64,000 nucleotides of DNA, from contig CAVNZM010000011.1 of the NCBI GenBank assembly GCA_963693365.1, forward strand, positions 4,906,639 through 4,970,638. The letters are read 5' to 3'. Positions 36,746-64,000 of this stretch are shown here, in pieces. This DNA is from Amoebidium appalachense. Its lineage: Eukaryota; Protista; Ichthyosporea. Position numbers and translations under genes: made by a program. The notes beneath the pieces are model-generated. The model saw only the letters and a list, made by a program, of their open reading frames with translations, made no database searches and was not told the origin of the DNA. How positions within the stretch are numbered: the first letter of the stretch is position 1; each line of letters opens with the position of its first letter.

Positions 36746-37800
36746 GCCAAACTGTATGTAGAACGGTGAATACCCACTAGTTGCGGCGTGTGGTGTTGTG
36801 CGGTAACCGTGCATGACGGCCGGTACTACTTCGTCCCAATCAGTGGATTCGAAGTTGCAGTGCTTAGCTAGCCCATCGTTGAGGGGACGGTGAAACCGTT
36901 CGTTGAGTGCGTTGGTTTGCGGATGGTAGGCAGCAGTAGTAAGTTTCGATATATTCAAAAGTTTGCACAAATTAAGTACCACGTTGCTGAGGTATTGTTC
37001 GCCTCTGTCGGAGAGAAGAGAGCGGGGCGCGCCGTAGAAAAGAACGATTTCATCTTTCAGCAGTTGCGCAATGGTGAGTGCTGTGTCCTCTTGCATGCAA
37101 AATGCTTCCGCCCACCGTGTGTGTTGACACATAAACACTATGATTTTAGTGTTACCGGCTTCCGTGGTTTTGTAGGGGCCGAGTGTGTCCACTGATATTC
37201 GCTCGAAGGGTTTGACGGGTCGTGGGCGGGTGGTTGGATGGTCGTGTTCCCGCATGTGGGGGTCGGAGTTGCGTGCCTGGCGTTCGGTGCACGATCTAAC
37301 CCAGTTACGAACCGTAAATTGGCCATGCCCGGCCAATAATATGGCCGTAGTGCTTGCAGGGTGCGATGTGCCCCTATGTGATTGTTGTTGTCGTGTAGGC
37401 TTTCAAGTAACTCGTGTTGTAGTTGTGTTGGCACGAACAGTTTGCACCCTTCACCGGAGAAATAATACAATACACCATTATCAAGGAAGCAGTGTTGGGC
37501 AATGCGCATTAGCCTCCACCGCCGTGCATTTGACATATCGGAGGAGGATATTGAATCCCGGAGCTGGTTGGGTTGGGTGGCGGGGGGAGAAGGAGGGTAG
37601 ATGTCATCCTCGGTTGGTGGTTGTGCCTGTTGTGTTTGTTGATTTCGCTGCTGCCGTGGGTCTTTCGTAGTCAGTATGTGCATAATGTCTGCACACAGTG
37701 GGTCTTGTTGTTGTGCTTTCACAACTGCATCGTGCTGATAACCACGTGACCACACGCAGCAGAAATCTGGATTGGTCGTAAAACACCGTCGTTGGCGTGA
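36746..37800 (-). pseudogene. Gypsy integrase fragment related to that of element A
   Basis: AQQQDPLCADI...HCFLDNGVLYY...HIGAHRTL...YYWPGM; ISVDTLGP; LLSDRGEQY; YHPQTNALNER. Closely parallels 2983-4200. Confidence 0.88.
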
Positions 37801-38619
37801 AGCCTGGCTGCCGCCCGTTTTGTTGCGCCGTGCATAAATGCAATCTCCTCGGGCTGGTGTTGGTGTAGGGGGATTTCGTGTACATACATGCCTGCCCTCA
37901 CTCTCTGTATTGCTGCTGATAGAGTAATTTCCACTGTTTCGGGCGGGGGCGGAGGTGGGGGCGGGGGCGGGGGCGAGGGCGGGAGCAGAGATGCGGGCGG
38001 GGACGGGAGCGGAGCCGGAAACAGAGGGGGGTCCATAGATGTGGGTTGCCTGGAGGCGGATAGACGGGACAGATGCACGAAAATGGACCCCACCCAAGGG
38101 TGGAGTGGGGAGGGAGAGGAAGAGGGATCCGCTGTGCACTGGGTCGATGGTGGTGTTGGCGTAGGTGGGTGGGAGACGGGTGGCTGGGTGCCGGGTGTGC
38201 TTGCAATGCCATTTGTTTGCATTTTCACGTTGCCGGGCAATATCCGGACCCCCAACTCCCCCCCCCCCCCCCCCCCCCCCCCCCCCACCACCACCACCAC
38301 CACCACCACCACCACCACCACCATCCCCACCACCACCACCACTACCACCCTCCCCAGGCTCCCACCCCCAGCCTACAGCTTGATCAAGAAGCCGGGCCTA
38401 CCCACCCACCCTAGGCCTCTATATTATCTGGTGACTGTGTCGGGATATACGTGTAAATTATTCCTCTTTGAGTGGATTCTTTTTTTTTGGTCACGAGCAA
38501 GGATGGATGTATATTGGTCGATAATCCCAGGCTCTGACATGTTTACACGGCATTATTTAGGCAGGCAATGATTTGCACAAAGGGACATATATCACCATGT
38601 ATCCATAGTAATCTTTATA

Positions 38620-38650
38620 CTAGCCTGTACCACCCGGCCCTCCGGGCCGG
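38620..38650 (-). mobile_element. Helitron-type 3' terminus (GC hairpin plus CTAG)
   Basis: The minus strand reads CCGGCCC-GGA-GGGCCGG GTGGTACAGG CTAG|T: a 7-bp GC stem, 10 nt, CTAG, then T. The 5' end is not defined and no Rep/helicase is seen. Confidence 0.7.
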
Positions 38651-40524
38651 CCTTATACACCGCATGCGCACTATTGCAGTGAGAAACGAAGAAGAAGAGA
38701 AAGAAAAAATATGAAATGAAAACAAAGAAACAAAGAAAAAAAAAAAAAGGAAAAATAGGAAATACTGAGAACGAAAACCAAAAATCGTAGTGCTCAGGAT
38801 ATTGCAAATATGGTGCATCGACCCCAAGCATATCGCGCACGACCTGCCCTTATCCACGGTGGGCGGTATGCCTGGGGTTTACACACTTTTTATTGCGTGG
38901 AATGCCTATGGCCATTTCCAGGGGGATTTTCATTCTGCCGCTCCGGATGCCCGAGGCTGCCGAAATTTGAGTCGATGAAACAGAACGTTTCAGAAATATT
39001 TTATTTTTGAATATAATGATCGTAACAACAGAATAAAAAGTAATATTCTAAAAAACAATGGGATAGGCAAGTAGCGCGTGAGCGAGTGTGACCGTTGTCA
39101 GCGGCAGAGACTGAGCGTGATACTCGAATCTTGAGTTGAGATAAGCCGCTTATCTTGGGACACAAAACTATAAACAAAAGGTATTTTTGGGATACTCTTA
39201 AGTGTAATATTTGGTATTAATATTTTGGGATAGGTTTACACGCTCGGGGGCGGCTGCCTTGAAGTTGTAAATGTATCCAGAGAACCCAGGGATTGCAATT
39301 GCAAGGAAATCGTTATATTGAGATATCGCAGAATGACAATGTGACCTATAAGACAAAGAAGATACATTTGAGATATTTGAGGGACATACCCAAAACGTTT
39401 TCTTTCCGGGATACATTTATCTGCATCCCCGGTCGCGCGCGTGTGTGGAAAGTCTGTCAAAAGCATACCTGATCTTTAGTCAATCATCTATTTTTTAAGA
39501 GTTGATATTATATTTAATTTGTTTAAAACAGAAAGTACTCTGAACTGGCCAATCACTGCAGGTTAGTATGCGATGCACTGAAGGCACCGTTGAGTACAAA
39601 AAAATGTAGCCTGGAAGCGCGTGCGGGCAATGCAAAATATTCTACTGGTAGCTACAAAATAACCAATAATGCACATGCGTCATTTAGATATAGTAGTTCC
39701 TGATCATGTGTCCGCGGGAAAACATGGCGGCCTGGACATGTGGCGGCCAATCGTGAGCACCGAATTTGGATCTGTCTCATGAATGCGGCAATCATTTTTA
39801 ACCGGATGACGTTGAGCCAATAAAAAGTAGCGGTGCGCCAAAAATACGCACTCACCAATGAACGTTGTCCAGCAATTTACCGCTTCTATTGGTTTAAACC
39901 GTATCGGCGTTATAAACACATGATATGTTACTTATCGGCAAGCGTTTTGAGTCCTTCACTGTTAGCTCGCACCCAAAACACCCAATCACATGTTACCTAA
40001 GAGTTTTTGTAGTAGCCGATGGGTGGGCACGGCCGGAATGAGGCGTGGACAAAGTATTTTGATTGGTTAGCGCACAAATGTTTCCCCAAGTGGCACATAC
40101 GCGCCGCCCAAAGCTCGGAAGAGCAAAGAGCTTACCTCTATTTTCCTCTTGATTAACCATCTGAGAATATTTTGATGTGATGTAAAATAAATATTATTCA
40201 AGATAAGAAAACTATACAATAGTTCTTGACCAACAAACGGGCGTGGCCCTGCAGCAGCTATTGGCAACTATGAACTGCTATATCGATTTCAGTTGGATGC
40301 ACGCAGTAGCACCACAAGTGTTCCGTGATTGGATAAAATCGCATCATAGTTATGGCCACGAGGATCGGGGCCGGAGGCCTTCTAGTGTGTTGTTTTTTTG
40401 GCATCAACGTGCTTACAATTTTATCATCGGTGGCAAATAGTATTAGCCTGAAAACAATATTAGCCAGTGCGTTTTACTCTATGCATAGAAATATTTTGTC
40501 TATGGTTTTAATTCCATTTTGAAT

Positions 40525-41616
40525 ATGCAATCGCAGACACCTTTCGGTCCCAGCCAGGGCCGTGGCAGGAGCACAAAGCCTACACTGCTGCCAAAACGTA
40601 GTGCTAATGCAGGCACACACACACCTGTCGGTGTTACTAATGCGAATAGCGGAAACGTACAGGGTGCAACCAAAGCAAAACGAAGCAAGCGCGTTAGCGG
40701 GAAAAACAAACGCGATGCAGGTCTTACACCACAATATGGGCGCGCCATTCAGCCTAACGGTCCCCTGTCTAGGATGATTGCAGACGTCTCAGATTTGGCC
40801 GTTTCACCACCCGACACAGAAATAGTCAACGAGGCCGAGGTAGGATGGGCCTTCATGACCATTCGCCACGTATTAAAGCAGCTCCCTGCGGGAAGCTTAC
40901 GGGCAGAACTTGTTTCGAGGGAGTCACTTGAGCTGTATCGGCAAGGGCATTGCTCCCAGGAGACGATGCTAATTACCGCGTTCTGCACTCTTGAAGACGA
41001 AGTGAGAGGCATGTTGCAACAACGTCCCGATGTGTACTTTGGCATACGCGGAAACCCACACTTTCCCCAGCAACTAGAGAGCGAAGACCAAGCACCCGAC
41101 AATATGCATGGTGAAACAGCCCCTCACACTGGTCCAAATAATCGGTCTGGGTCACACGTGCACCGGCGTGGCATGCAACAAAAGGACAGTATTGTACATC
41201 TGTTGGATCACCCCGCACAACCATATAAGCCACGCCAGAACCAAATTGTCGTGCAGCAGAATCTCGTCCACTATAATCACTATTACAACACTCCACATGT
41301 GGCACCAGCAGCCAACGGAGCCGCACATCCGAATTCTCACAGTACACGCACGCACACACATGCTCCGCCCGGGTCTGCACCTTTTCACAACGAGCCAGCA
41401 CCAGCAGCTGCCAGTCCTCCGCCTGCAGATGTTCCCTGGGCTCCGTTTGGCGCCGCAGGGGCACGACCTGACCCTGAGGTTGTTCAAGAAGAAATGGGAG
41501 GCAGCAACGGTCGGTGGCCAAATGATTTGCCCACACCGGTTTTTCCGAACCTGTCTAAGGCACAGGGGGAAGATGCCTTGTTGGTCAAAACTGGAGAGCT
41601 CATGCAACTCTGGTGA
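40525..41616 (+). CDS. Orphan ORF (~363 aa), probably a first exon
   Basis: Long ORF in non-microsatellite sequence, preceded by many CCAAT boxes. The stop overlaps a consensus donor, TG|GTGAGT. Confidence 0.55.
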   Translation: MQSQTPFGPSQGRGRSTKPTLLPKRSANAGTHTPVGVTNANSGNVQGATKAKRSKRVSGKNKRDAGLTPQYGRAIQPNGPLSRMIADVSDLAVSPPDTEIVNEAEVGWAFMTIRHVLKQLPAGSLRAELVSRESLELYRQGHCSQETMLITAFCTLEDEVRGMLQQRPDVYFGIRGNPHFPQQLESEDQAPDNMHGETAPHTGPNNRSGSHVHRRGMQQKDSIVHLLDHPAQPYKPRQNQIVVQQNLVHYNHYYNTPHVAPAANGAAHPNSHSTRTHTHAPPGSAPFHNEPAPAAASPPPADVPWAPFGAAGARPDPEVVQEEMGGSNGRWPNDLPTPVFPNLSKAQGEDALLVKTGELMQLW

Positions 41617-42158
41617 GTGCCTTGCATTTGCAGTTCATACATCATATATAGTAGTAGTTGCAGCCACTGTTACAGTGTTATTTCTTTGAAAAAGTATAAT
41701 GCGATGGTACTGAAACGTCGGGCTTTTAGAATTAGTGGTGTAGGTGAATTTATGTTAGAGTGTGCCACTAAATTTGCTTCGATCTGAAAGTATTCTAGAT
41801 ATAATCATGGGTCTCCCTTTTTTATTTGGAGAGAGAAGACCGATCGGTTACATATGTTCTCGAATGTGGGGTAGGTAATTTACAGTTACTGAGCTGCCAT
41901 ATTGAATCCTACCAAACTAAACAACGAAGAATTGACATGTTTACGTGTGCATGCTTAGAAGCCTCGTGAATGTGTGTATGTTTGTGTTTCCGTGCGAGTG
42001 TGTGCGGTGTGTGTGTGACGCGTGCTGGGTGCCGGTGTTGGGGAGAGAGCGAGTGACGGATGGCTCTCAATTTGTGAGAGTGGGTAAGTGAGTTACGGCC
42101 ACTTGAGCAAGGCTTAGCAAGCAAGCGTCTGATCATGTACGCACGTGCATGCATGTAC

Positions 42159-42257
<99 letters not shown>

Positions 42258-42389
42258 CTGAGTGTGCGCACTAAGCGTGTTTACGCAATCAATACAGTAT
42301 ATTACAAATCTACATTGAAACTTTCCAATGACAGATTCATGCCATATAATACTTATCCTTATGACACACTCATTCCATTTCAGGGGGTT

Positions 42390-63447
<21,058 letters not shown>

Positions 63448-63606
63448 TGGATTGGGGAAGGAGGAAACATGGACAGTGTTAGCTGTCTCTCCTTTCTTTA
63501 CTCTATACGGCTTGTGTGCTTTCGCCTTTCTCTCTCTCTTTCTCTATGTGTGTGTGTGTGCGCGCGCAGGCGCAAGCGTGTGTGTGTGGGCGTGTAGTCG
63601 GGGTGT

Positions 63607-63637
<31 letters not shown>

Positions 63638-63849
63638 GAGGGGGGGAGGGGGGGGGGGGTAGCATGTGTGCGTGTGTCTGTGTGCGTGTGCGTGTGTACA
63701 CGCATGTCTGTGTGTGCACCACGGCATGCCAGTGCCTGTGCGCGTTTGCGTGTATCTGTCATTATGTGTGTGTGTGCCTGACTCTGTGCTTAGGGTTGTG
63801 AAAGAACGTATGTGTAGGTGTGTTCGAATGTATATATATGTGCTATGGT

Positions 63850-63998
<149 letters not shown>

Positions 63999-64000
63999 CG

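Overview
Eukaryotic genomic DNA with GT-AG introns. An ichthyosporean/Amoebidium-like protist is my inference and is not established. (1) 1-703: 3' part of a coactosin-like ADF-H gene. (2) 1961-26744: a resolvable nest of four LTR retrotransposons. Chromodomain Gypsy A contains chromodomain Gypsy B (TSD GGTTT). B's 3' LTR contains non-autonomous element C (TSD GATGC), and B's gag-pro junction contains Copia element D (TSD CTGCA). (3) 27344-32624: Penelope-like element with the GIY-YIG endonuclease upstream of the RT (Chlamys-type order), bracketed by ~210-bp inverted repeats that end in a palindrome. (4) ~33200-37800: 5'-truncated RNase H-bearing LINE joined in frame to a Gypsy integrase fragment. 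(5) 38620-~41800: Helitron-type 3' end next to an orphan ORF. (6) 42390->63447: multi-exon XPF/ERCC4 gene on the minus strand. Its introns are inflated by microsatellites, homopolymers, exon-end duplications and a structured dispersed repeat. The best leads are putative primer-binding sites in A and B that match the 5' end (D-arm) of a tRNA rather than its 3' end, a structured intronic repeat with compensatory changes, the inverted-repeat-bounded EN-first PLE and the integrase-LINE RT chimera. All calls come from reading the sequence by eye; no database search was run.
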